Assembly (NCBI RefSeq): GCF_964355755.1
Contig: NC_092680.1
Span: 1,984,001 to 2,048,000 of the forward strand
DNA length: 64,000 bases
Reading direction: 5' to 3'
From: Antedon mediterranea
Taxonomy: Eukaryota > Animalia > Echinodermata
The translations under genes were made by a program, and so were the position numbers. Positions within the stretch are counted from its first letter, which is position 1, and the number at the start of each line of letters is the position of its first letter. The notes beneath the pieces were generated by a model. The model was not told the DNA's origin and did no database searches. It worked only from the letters and a program-made list of their open reading frames with translations. Below are positions 24,022 to 37,000 of the stretch, one piece after another.

Positions 24022-26341
24022 AACAAGTATTAATGCATCATGGGATATTACTGCTGAAGATTTAACTGATGACCTCAGCAGTGATGTCATTTGTGACATA
24101 GTTTTATAGTGACCATATCAAATTGATCATATTGTTATGAAAACACTTGTATGAAAAGCATCAACTACATGGGTTCACCTGGTAACCTGGTAACCGTTTC
24201 AATCAAATTTAAAGTTTTTAACATATTTACTTCTATTTATACTTTTATACCATTTCTTTGATGATGTCATAGTTTGTCAGTCAATGATTACATCATCATT
24301 GTGATATCCGACACAAATGAAGACATCTTTAATAAAATGCTTAAATAAATATATGGATAAAGTTACGTTGTATGGAAATACCATAGTTAGATTATTATTA
24401 TTATGCAATATTTGTACACTCTTAAAAAACGCACAAATTATTACCTTTGTAAATTGACATTTGGTTTTTGCAGCTGCCAAATGTAAAGCTCTTTTTACAC
24501 TATCAAACTAGGTTGACAAAAAAAAGTGTAATTTTCCCAAATATGGTAGTGATATTGTCAAATATGGTAGTGATATGACATCCATATATGGGCAAATCAC
24601 ATGTTTTTTTGTCACATAAAGTTTGATAGTGTAGACAAGGCTTAATAAATAAATGATATACCTATTGTAATTGAATTTGATTGATGTTAAAATGTAGCGT
24701 TTGTTTTGTGTGTTACATTGCTGTTGGATTTGAAGAGTTTAAAAGTTGAAATATTGTTTTTTGTTATATAAGGAACTATACATTATTTAATGTTGAAATT
24801 ATAATTGCTTACATATTGATAGATTTAAGGTATACATTATTATCTTGCATCAAAGAAGATTAAAATTTAAAAATAAATACATACTTATAAATAAGTTACT
24901 TATTTACTTAAGTTCCTTTTAGATGATTGTACAAAATATATAATAATATTGTCAATATTATATTAATAATCTTTGTAATCTTGTGTGCACAATACTAAAT
25001 ATTATGAAGTTGTTTTTGGGTGCCACACAAACCCATCTCCATATAGGCTAAAATCTCGATATCATTGCAAAAATACAAATTATATACAATTCATTCAAAT
25101 GTTATATATCCTACCGTATTGAAATCAACTATTTTAATATAGTAATTTATAATTTATAATTTCGTAATTTATAATTTATTGCTGTAATAAATAATACTTA
25201 CTTTTTAGGTAGCAAAATACATCAGCAAATAAAGGAAATGAAACTCCATAATCACAACTAAAAATGTAAACACTTAAAATAATATTGCTCATAATGTTTG
25301 CTATGTGTCATTAGATAAAGTGAATAGTTATGTTATAAATAATGTAGTTTGACTTTCCATTTATGGTTCCCACTAGGACACAACGCAATGACGTACGCGC
25401 AACGCAAGTGAGTTGACCAATCACAAGCGACAATTCGCTTCGTGGCACCCAAGTTGCTAAATAAATGCCAGCCAATATTAAAATTTTAATTTAAATTGAA
25501 AATTGTCAACTTACAATATTTGCATCGTTTACATGTTAGTTATCGCCATGTATGTAAGCAAAATGGAATGTTAGTGTGAACGGAATGTAGTGGAGTATGT
25601 TAATTTACGATGTTCCAATACTTTTGTTTTATATTTTTAATATTTAACTGCAATATGTAATGTACACACATGGTACAGTAGATAGAATGTATTAAAAGTT
25701 GATTTTAATTTAAAAGATTTTTTTTTTCGTTTTTCATTGTATACCACTATATTCTGTGGTTCCTTTGAACAGACTTAAGCTTAGTTCCAACTAGGACACA
25801 ATGCAAGGACGTAAACGCAACGCAGGCGTGTTGACCAATGACAAGCGAGAGTTCGATTAATTCATCACTTGTGGTTGGTCAGATCCCTTACGTTGCGTTA
25901 CGTACTTGCGTTGCGTCTCTAGTGGGAACCAAGCATAAGACCAGTCAGCAATGGATTATTCGAACTGTCGCTTGTAAAAATGATGGAGCACATGGGCTTC
26001 TTTTCGAGGTTTTATGGCAGTCTATTTAATGGAAAATAATGCCATGCAACGTTGTTTCTGATTTTAAAAAAGGTCCACTTGTTTAGGCCTGATAATTACA
26101 ACCCTCAGAATATCTCTTCAAAATCAAAAAGAAAAACAATTTTTATTTTCAATTTAAAAAAATAAAAAAATATCCGTAGAGGTCCGAACTAGAGCTGAGA
26201 ACACCCAAACCTGAGCATTACCCGTTAGGCCACAAAGTAGTACATGACTGAACAGCTGATAATAGTCTATTTATACGTGTATTATACGTAGTTCATCACT
26301 ACGTCATAAATGTCCTATTAACCTTGCTAAGACCAACAGTA

Positions 26342-26580
26342 CCAGTTAGCTCAGTCGTCTGAGCGTCGTGTTAACAACACGTATGTCGTGGGTTCGATTC
26401 CCAAACTGGTCGGTGGAATAGAGTTAAGGCTATGCGAGCCACTGTGTTTGGGGTTCACAGATCATACGTCCCCCTTTCCACCACACATCATGAGGCGACA
26501 ACATCAATGCATCTGGTGATGTGCTGGAAACGACCCCAAAAGGCTGTGGCAGGGCCTTAGTGCTGAGGCAGGGAGAGCAC
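26342..26580 (+). mobile_element. tRNA-derived SINE-like repeat; near-identical inverted copy at about 10983-11217
   Basis: A-box-like TAGCTCAGTCG and B-box GGTTCGATTCC followed by a ~170-bp body almost identical between the two copies. Confidence 0.7.
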
Positions 26581-26944
26581 ATTTAACATCTTTTTTTTAT
26601 TTAATTTTTTTTTTCAACCTGTATTCGATCACGTCAATTTTATGTTTGCCGCCCTCAATTTAAAAAGAATTTGAATTTATTATCATCGCAGGTGTACGAA
26701 ACGGTTTGGTATGCCGTGCGTCGTTATGCAATGGTTGTGCAAGTGTTGTGGGAAAGACGGTAGTGTTATTCATTCGTGGTCAACACGCCATGGCACTGTT
26801 AAATTTAGATTTTGAAATGTCCGGAGTAACCGATATTTAACATATATACCAAGTTTGAAATATTTTTGAAGTATTTCCAGAAGTATTTTTTCTCGATATT
26901 TTTGTATGTGACTATTTCGCTGTGCTCCACCACTGACGCCAAAT

Positions 26945-27355
26945 TGGATCCACTGGAGCACAGTGTATTAACATACGAACATATATTGAAACTTAATTGG
27001 GTCCACTTGAGCACAGTTTATTAACATACGAAAAGATATTGAAACTTAAGTGACTTCAAATTGGGTCCACTTGAGCACAGTGTTTTAACATACGAAAAGA
27101 TATTGAAACTTATTAAGTGACTTTATTTCTATTTTATATTACTGTGCTAGCTCCCCTGGTGCCAAGCCAATTGTGTCCACTTGAGCACAGTGTTTTAACA
27201 TACGAAAAAATATTAAAATTTAGTGACTTTATTTCTATTTTATATCACTGTGCTCCACTGGGGGAAAGTTGGGTCCACTTGAGCACAATGTACGGAAATA
27301 TATTAAAAGTACTGACTTATTTCTATTCTATATCACTGTGCTACCCTGGTGCTAA
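26945..27355 (+). repeat. Degenerate tandem array, ~5 units with core GGGTCCACTTGAGCACAGTGTTTTAACATACGAAAAGATATTGAAAC
   Basis: The core recurs at about 26946, 26999, 27063, 27173 and 27271 with variable spacing. Confidence 0.75.
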
Positions 27356-28432
27356 ATTTATTTATTAATTTTTTTTTTTTGAATTATGACGAAATCGACA
27401 ACGCCGAAGAAATGAAATCGACAGAGTTTCAGTTATTTTACAAAACGTTATTTGAAATACAACATCGATTTTTTTTAGCTAACCGGTCATCTTGTTTGTA
27501 AATAGGTTAATCAAGCTTCGTTTCCTCAAAATGACCCTCATGAATATGCATAATTATTACGTAATATAAGCGCATGTAAATTATCAGCTGTTCAGTCATG
27601 TACTTTGTGGCGTAACGATCAGTAATCATGCTATGTTTGGAGTAAGCCTATACTCTCAGCTGTAGCTTGGGTTCGAATCTCTACGCATTTTTAATTTTTT
27701 TTAATGGAAAATATAATAAATATATGTTTTTCTTTTCTTTTCAGAAATATTTCATATTTTTCTAAATAATTCGATTAAATCGAATAACTTCCGATTTCAT
27801 TAACAGTGCACTATTCTAAAAATACATATAAACGGCCGTGCAAATAAATTCATTTTAGCATTAGGGCCTAATATTTATTACCTGTGTTTTGTTATAATTT
27901 CAGTGCGTAACTCATTTTAAAACGAAAGCATTTTTGTCATTGTCCATAAATTTCCGATAAAAACTATCATGGTATAGCAATTATAAACAAATGAGAGAAA
28001 TTCAGAATGGAAAGTGATTTAATAATATAATGATCTGAATATTAGAATTTATTGTAAAATAGGGCTGATAGGCCTATATATAGACCAAATTTATTGTATT
28101 AAACTTTTCCATTACAGTGAATATAAATATTGGTCTTCTTGGTATTTTGACACCCAAATTGTTTACTTACACCAGGGAGTTACAACTCCCTGCTTACACC
28201 TACTGGTTGTCAAAATATAGTAAATATTGTTAAGATGGCAGATTTTGAAAAATAGCCCAATCGGGTTGAAGCAGATTGGGGAAACCGAGGACTTTTAGTA
28301 TATTGTTCCAAACAACCTCAGGGACCTATCCTTCAGCTTTAGCATATTATTTATTTCTACTTTTAGCCCTTTTTTTACTAATACTCCTGGATTAATAACC
28401 TTTAATACAGTGCCGTATACAGTTTTTTTTTA

Positions 28433-29230
28433 TTATTATTCACTTTTATTTCAAATATCAAAAAATTGACCAAAATTACAACTCGTGGCTAAGAGCCAAA
28501 TTGCGTGTAAAATACATGTCATATCAAAAATATAAATATATATAAAAAATATGAAAAAAAAAAAAAAAAAAAACAAAGAAGGGGAGAGCAGTCGCAAACT
28601 AGCAGGGGAGAAAATTAAGAATTCAGTAATTTGATGAAGTAGGGTATAGGGCTATTGGTAAATCTGGATGTTTTAGACGCTAGCTGGGTAATTTTGTTTT
28701 TATTTCTTAAATTCCTACCATGACAGCTATGTCTGGTCGGTGGGATTAAATCAGCTGTTTGTTTAATTTTGGGGAGATACTCAGCGAACTTGCGACAATG
28801 CTCCACCCTTCTTTGAGCCAAAATTTAAGAAATTCAAGGGCACCAGAGTAAGAAAAGTAATCATTGCCTAACATTATACGGCAAGCCCTCTTTTGAACAT
28901 TTTCAATACAATCGCTTAATCTACTAGACAGGCCAGAATGCCAAACAACATCAGCATACTCAACAACTGGTCTAATGTAACCACAAAAGGTCAATTTAAG
29001 CTCTTCAATGTTAAAACCAAATCGTTTTAGTGATCGTAAAAAGAAAAGTTTCCTGGAAGCTTTAGTGATGATGGAATCAATATGACAGTCCCATTTAAGG
29101 TTGTCTTGAAAAAAAACTCCCAGGATCTTGGCTTTATTAACATATTGGAGCTTATCAGTTCCCAAGTGTATGTCAACGTGTGAAGGTTGGGTAGAACTGA
29201 AACACACCTTAAGGGCTTGACATTTTTTTT
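28433..29230 (-). mobile_element. 5'-truncated, frameshifted non-LTR retrotransposon (CR1/L2-group ORF2 C-terminus plus 3' UTR)
   Basis: AKILGVFFQDNLKWDCHIDSIITKASRKLFFLRSLKRFG...YIRPVVEYADVVWHSGL...IENVQKRACRIMLG, continuing in another frame as RRVEHCRKFA...SRFTNSPIPYFIKLLN. This is typical of the CR1/L2/Crack-type post-RT region. The tail is (AAT)n/A-rich. Confidence 0.88.
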
Positions 29231-31017
29231 TTTACAGTGTTTCATTCTGTTGGCCTATGATTGATCAAAACAAACTGCGGTAACTTGGATTGTCGCATAT
29301 GTAAAGCAGGACCAGGAAAGTGTGTGGGATGGGGCATTACCGGTGTCAGCTTTGGAGTGGTTAAAGAGCGAATTACGACTATCGTAAACGTCGTTACACA
29401 AACAAACACGCACGTACGCTTCACAAAATAATCAATGTAGGCTACATGTCTGTTAAACTGATATTTTATAGTGTTCATTCATACGATACAACTTGACATG
29501 GTCAAATGTGGAATCCGGGTCCCGTACGTGTCCGATATGCACGTCCTCCACTCTATGAACTGATTACGAATATTAGTATACTAGTAATAAAATATTAAAA
29601 AGAAAATGATTAATTAAATAAAAATGTCGACAACTGAAGAAATAAAGACTCTTATTTGGAGTCTTCGTATGTCATACATCCCCTTCCCATTGCCTCATCC
29701 CACTCACACTCCAGATCCAAAAGTTGGGGTGAAACGGCAGATAATACGTATAGAGTATATATTTATATATTACATGGAGTTATATGGTAGGACTTAACCT
29801 GAAAGTTTGTTTCTTCAGATTGGTAGCGAAACAAGTTAAGGAAGAAGAAAAATCGGTTACTTTGCAGAATTAATGTTTTTATGAGTGCCTTCTCAAGTAT
29901 TGTAATAGGTTTATACTGCAGCAATACATATATAATGCGCACTTAAGTTTTAATTGTTTTTAAAGCTAGTGTTATGGACTATTTAAGATTAACTTATTGT
30001 TGCGTCAATTAGTGTGCTGAGAAAAAAAAAACGATTCTGGATAGGCCACTGTATCTCTGTGTCCCAGTATCATTGGATACAGCATCACATTTCGAATGTA
30101 TTGTTGTATCACCAATAGAACATAACATAACTTGACTCAGGCATCACATATAATAGATATAAGATGCTATGTGTGTTTTTAGGTCAATGGACTGAAAATC
30201 GAAATAAACTTTCTTTTTGCGTCAACAGATGGCATATTAATTATCAACAAAAACGAGGATGTTATATAAATTAATGATATATCATAATAATATATGTATC
30301 AATTGTGATTTTATCCTGTATCCGATTGTTATGACCTTTGCCCTTCTGTCCTGTCTCTCCTGTTAATCAAATGATATTACATGCTTCCTTTCGGAGGAAA
30401 AATTAATTGATATAATGACGTCAATATTGACGTAATAGATGCGTAGGCCTACTTGTGATACATAGTGACATTACGAAGAGTGCGCGCGTAGGACATGTAA
30501 GCCCATTTGTTATATAATATCTCCAAACTTGTTTTCGTTTTTGTATTGTTTTGTTTGCGTGGATTTTGTTTGTCCTTTCCCTGAATAAAAAGCTAAAAGA
30601 ATTTATTTATTTTACGAGGGTGGTCCATCCAGCCCAAACTGATCATTATTGACCCTCACGATTTCATTTAAACACACGTTAAGGTCTATATGGCCTAATT
30701 CATATTATTTTAAAATCTTAATAACATTTCGAATTCGAATACATTATGGTGCTACATGTATTTATATAGCACAGGAAATATAGTTCTGCTCGATATCATA
30801 AGTATCTACCACGCGCAATGATATTAGAAAGTTTACAAAGTAATCAGTCTGTTTACTTTACCTTTGTGGTTACCGACTGAGAACGATATATCAACCTTCA
30901 CTTCTATCAGCTGATTGCAGTAGTAGAGCGTGTACTGTAGTCGCTTGTCAGCTGGTTGTGTATACGGAATCAGCAGGGTTTAAATTGTATGTGTTTAGTT
31001 TCTCAAATTGTGTAGAA

Positions 31018-34000
31018 ATGCTACTAAAAGCGGCAGTTTCGGTTGCCGTTTTACTTTGTTTAGCTGGGCCTACTGCTAAAGCAGACAGGTAAGTCTTATT
31101 ATCTTATAATGTTAGTTGTAGTTGCTAAGACCTAAGTTAAGTAAGCTCCATCCCAAGCAAGAGGCTCACACAGGACACAGGCGGTCTTTACGCCTCCGCA
31201 GTAGGTAGGCCTGGGAAATATTGTAGGAGGTAATTGTTACCATGTTGTTGTGTGAAGTAAATATCTTATGTCCGGATTTTAAGTCCTAAGCCTTGCACTT
31301 TTTTTAATTACAGTTAAAAGTAACAGTTAAAAGTAAAGTACAGATTTGTTTTTTCACATTATATTCATATTTTTTTCATGTGTGTCAGGGGCGGATCCAA
31401 GGGGACCCCCTTTCCCCCACCCGCCTTTCCTTATTTTCACAAATTGTAACGCAAAAGATGGAACATCAAATTAAGCTCACCCCTTCATTTAACCATTTTT
31501 AGGCCCTGCTCGTTCGTTCATAAAACAATTATTTTGCTTTATAAATAATCATTTTTAAATTGAATATGTAAGTAAATTGGGGTTTTTTGAATGTACATAA
31601 ACTGTTCATTATTTTTTAATATGGTTTTTATTCAGCTTTATGTCAAATTATGTATTAATAATATAAAATTAACAACTGTACAATATTAATAATTTTGATT
31701 TATGCTAACAACCTTAAAAATATGTTAATTATTTAACTAAGGTTATACTTGTTATAAATAACAAACAGATAATTAATATATTGATAAATTAAAATATGTA
31801 CATAGACAATTAATTATGATTCTACATAAATATTTATATAAATTAAGAATATATAAATTAAAATTGTAAAGCCAATGCTAAATTTTATAGAACCATCAAA
31901 TAATAAAGGTGAGCACAAACATGAAGATATTGTATTAATTAACATTCAACCTCTCTGACTGTTCTGCAATGTGAAGCCAATCTAAATCTCTGTCCACACT
32001 ATCAAACTAGTTTGACAAAAAGTGTGGTGTGCCAAAAATATGGTAGTGATATAACATCGTGTCTATATATGGGCACATCACATTTTGTTGTCACATAAAG
32101 TTTGATAGTGTAGACAGAGCTTAAGATTAGGCCACTGCAGTTTTTATGGTGCATTAATAATACTGTACACCTGCTTTGTGGTAACATGATTTCTAAGGTC
32201 CAGTGTTTAATCCTGACCAGTGCAGGCTCTTCCATTCTCAAGCCTCAGATGAGACTTTACTTATAAGCATGTGAATTATAGATTCCATCTTGTGTAATTG
32301 GCAAGTTTTGTGTTATCAGTTTTGTGTAATTTGTTTTTTATATTTTAAAATAAAATCCTTTATTCACTACTGTACGTCCACCTGTTTTTTCTGCTTTAAC
32401 AACCTTGTGTTTGATCCACTTGTTAAGCCTAAAGTTAACCAAACCACTTTGTTAAATTGTGTTTACATTTTCATCACAAAGATCTACACACAGGACTTTG
32501 TTATAATAATCTATTTGACAAATGTTTTTGCTGTAAAAGTTTTCTATAAGCTTATTGTAATTTCAAACAAAAACCAAAATTGTAAAGAGGATAATCATAA
32601 TTGTTACATATTAACGCCACAAAAGTAATATTTGCTTTGGAAAGGCCAAATCCTTGAAAAGAATTTAAGATAAGAAGATAACACCTGATAACACACACAA
32701 GAGTGGACAGGAGAATGGTCTGGCTTATCCCGAGTAAACAGGATTACACTGGCTACTTGTGGTCAAATATTATTTATTGACTGGTTTATCATTCAAAAGT
32801 TATGTATTATTATCATACAGTACTTTAATTTTTTGAGTAACTTTCCAGCCGTACTGTCTGTGAATAGGTCTTTGAAAATGTATAAGTATTTAAATAAGTG
32901 TAGACACTAAAGAGGATAAACAAATTAAAGTAGCTGTTTTTAATCTTTTGAATAGTCAGAAGGGCACCTCTTCTTTCAAGTACTGGCTCTGTTGATTGGC
33001 GATACCATAATAATTTCTGTCTGGGTTCAAACCTCTGCCAAGACCTCTTACAGTAAAATATGTACAATATTCCTCATAACAAAAGTTACAGTACATGCAG
33101 GTGAACCCTTTCTGGCTCCCGAACTACTAAGTTGGTTGTTCTGACATATGACTGAGTATGTACAACCTCCTATGTTTTACGTATAGTCACACATTCTGGA
33201 CAGTGGCGTAACTGGAGCATGAGCAGTTTAATGCAACTACCCAGCGTTGGAGGGCCCCTTAAGAGTTCTAAACCAGGGGCCCCAGAGCTCAAGGGGCCCC
33301 AGAGCATGAGCAGTTCAATGCAACTACCCAGCATTGAAGGGCCCCTTAGGAGTGCTAAACCAGGGACCTTTGCCCTGTGTGTTACCCTGCTGGTTTTGGA
33401 TCTGACAAGGTCATCAATCCCAAATATCTCCTGTTAATAACATAATAAATAAATAACCAATTAACGTAGTTTACCTTAAAGGCAAACAACCAACATTCTT
33501 TTTTCTGATTTAAAGATATGTTCAGGCCATATTAGCATACAACGCTGATTTTTATATTAAAAAAAAATCTTGATTTACATTTTTTTTCAATACTTTGTGT
33601 TACAATGTTATACGGCCCCGTGGAAGAACACCTTTCTGGCGAACGAGTTTTTTTCGTTGCATAAATAAAGAATTTATTATTATTATAGCATAAAACAAAC
33701 ATTAAAAACTTTTCTAAAAATTTTAAATTGTTTTCTAAATTATTTTATTTTTTATACTTGTACGTGTTTGTAATACAGGTATCAATGACATACAGATTAT
33801 ATACCAGTAATTAGTTTATAATCCCACTATTCTCTGTTTTAAATTGTACTTCTACAGTATGATAATTTATTTATTTTAACTGTTGATTTAATAAAAGAGG
33901 AACCTTGCTTCTGATTAAAAGAAATCCTACAGAATTGTTTTACAAAGGTCACTGACCTCAATCCTATTGACATTGTCTTGTTGTTTGATTTTAATTAACA

Positions 34001-37000
34001 ATTTAAGAATTAGAGAGATACAAGTTTTATAACTGTTCTTGACCCATAAGGCCTGGCAAAATTTTAATATAAAATTTGCTTGTGGGATTTACTCAAATTG
34101 CTTTTAACAAATTAGTTTGGTATCTGAAATCTGGCATGTCCTGGTTCATTGAAACTTTGTATGGTCAAATAAAATACATTTAACAGATTTAATTAAATAA
34201 AACTTTTGAATTTTAGTAAACTATAAGTAGTAGACTGTAGTACAAAATTAGTCCAGGTTTGGGAAGAGGGGTAAAAAAGTGTGATGTGCCCAAATATGGT
34301 AGTGGTATGCCCAAATATGGCAGTGATATGACATCATCATCATGTCCATATATGGGCACATAAAATTTGATAACAGACCAAGCTTTATAGGCCTACAGTA
34401 CAGTAGCTCAGGGTGGTCGTAAAACATGCATTTGTGGGTAGCTTATACTTGAAGGTAGTCAGGTAATACTAAAGTGTTATTATTTTGTCCCTCCAGTTCA
34501 GCAAACAACTACTTGATCATGGCTCCAAAAGTGATGGTCGCTGAGACGACAGAGAACGTCTGCATCCAATTAATGAACATGACCGGACCAATGTACCTCT
34601 CTGTGAAACTGATGGATGGTGAAACAGTGTTGAAAAGGATTCCATTGTATTTCATGGAATTTCCTTTTGTTTGTCTGCCAATTGAGGTAGTTTTTGTTGG
34701 CAGTTGTTTGATGATTAGTTTTTGTATTGGTACACAGTGGCGGATCCAGGATTTTGAAATAAGAGGGGAGTCCTGAGCTTAATTTGATGTTCTATCTTTT
34801 GCATTACAATTTGCTAAATTAGAGGGCCCCATGAATCTGCCCCTGTATAACAATATATTACAAAACAATAGTGTAGCATCAGGCTAAAAATATAAAAGTA
34901 TTATTACAACAATGAAAAAAATATTACATTCCAAAAACAATTACAAATATCACAGTTAAGTGAATTAATGTTAAAGAATAGGCCTGGAAACTAAGCCATT
35001 CACTAATATTGGATGTTGAGTAAACCTCACTTTTGTTTTCAGTAACTTCAAAAAATCTCTTTTAATACAAAAAATGTATCTTTTACCTGTCCAATGTAGG
35101 TTGATAGAAACTATATATTAAAGTTTGAAATAAGTGATGTTTAATTTATTTAGAATTGGTGTTTATTGTAACTTTTAGGTTCCCAAGGTAACACAAGTTG
35201 AAAGGTTTGAAGCAACGTTGTTGATATACGCTCATAATGACGTAGAGCCACTGTTTACAACAAGCAAAAAGATTTTTGTAGAGCCAAGGAATTCAAAGAC
35301 CTTTATACAAACAGATAAACCTATTTACAAGCCAGGACAGACAGGTTAGTTATTTAATATATTATAGGCATTTTAAAAGATTCTGAAGGCATTGCATAAG
35401 CCTAAAGCTCTGCCTACACTATCAAACTAGTTTGACAAAAAAAGTGTGATGTGCCCAAAGATGGTAGTGATATGACATCATTATGTCATCATATGGGAAT
35501 ATCACGTTTTTGTTGTCACATAAAGTTTGATAGTGTAGACAGAGATTTAGGCGTTAATAGGGTTATATTACATAAATATAAGTATTGTTGTTTATAACAT
35601 TTTAACCCAAAAAATTATGTTTATATTTTACAGTTAAGTTTCGTATTTTGACTATTGATCAGAATCTGCACCCTAAACTCGATGTGGTAAGTGTATGTTA
35701 TTGAATATATTGGAGTTAATGTTATTTCATGTTAAACCAAGATTTGTTATATAACACGTGATCAAGGATTATACCCAATTCGCCTTGGGTGTTTGAAGTT
35801 TTGCTATATCATCCTGCACTACTCCTCTAGTAGGCATCCCTGGGAATTTCACAATTCAGCTTTTTTTCTGTTTTTGTTTACTGAGGTAGACAAAAACAAT
35901 TGTCATATTCGATTGGGGACTTTCGTAGTCAACATAAAGATTCGTTGAGTACTTTTTGTATTTGAATGGTAAATTGTAAACGGATGTGCGTAACAGAAAA
36001 TCATTTGTATAGAAAACGTTAACAACGCAAGATTTTTCATTAAGAACAATCTCAACGCTCAAAATACTCTGTTAAATAAGTACTCAACGGTAAAGTCCCA
36101 ATCGAATACGACAAATGTCTTCATTCTTTCCACCATCTTTCCATTTCCACAACAAAAAAATAACCCTGGATTAATTGTATTAAAATGGTGCCACAAACTA
36201 ATAATAGAAACTTGGTTATACTGTAGACAATACAGGAACATAAGGAACATAACAGGAGGAAACAATTATAGGTGTAATGTTCTAGTAGAATGAGAACAGA
36301 GTCGTAATAAAAGGAAACAATATTAAATTTTCATAGGTGACCTTGTGAAAGAGTAATGATATACAAGCGCCATCCAAAGGTGAATCGTTTATCCTTCCTG
36401 GGAATCTTGGAAAAATGCCATTGTTTTTACGCTTCATTTATTCATGGCATTAATCATTCCTGGATGGTTTATAATGTCTGGTGGGACTTCTGCATGGTTT
36501 ATCAGTATTGATGCTTTTTAATAGTTCACCTACAGTAGGCCTATTATAATGGTTCTATAACTTAATAGCCGGCTTTCTGCTGCAAAATATTAACCATGTT
36601 TTTATCATCAACTTAGAGAATGTGGTACTGTACTAATAAATAGCTGCAACATGATAACCATGTTATAGCTATGACCTCGCAGTGACCCAATTAACCCAGG
36701 TCCTTTTTATGATGCAACTTGAATATATAGGATGGTTGAATTGTATACAGGTTTTTTTTAAATTTTGTTACTTATCTATACTGAGTAACCTCTTCAGTCA
36801 AAGACTGGTCTCCCAGAGGGCCCAGTTATTATCAGTGGCTGTGTGAGTACTAATACACCGGGGCAACCCCATACTCGTCTCGAAAGATATACTAGGTTCT
36901 TTAAAGTGCTCATGAGCTAGATGTGTGCACTGGATCTTATACATATAGTTCTTGTCTGAGAAGACTTGTTCTACCACCATAATCATGGAGCAGGTGAGCC

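Noticed and set aside
32160-33070. Exon-like, less AT-rich islands on the minus strand in TEP intron 1
   Set aside because: I could not assemble a phase-consistent ORF or recognise any domain.
35856-36265. Minus-strand ORFs in TEP intron 4, one containing VVFDWDFTV (HAD motif I-like)
   Set aside because: A stop follows within ten codons, and there are no further HAD motifs or consistent exon chain.
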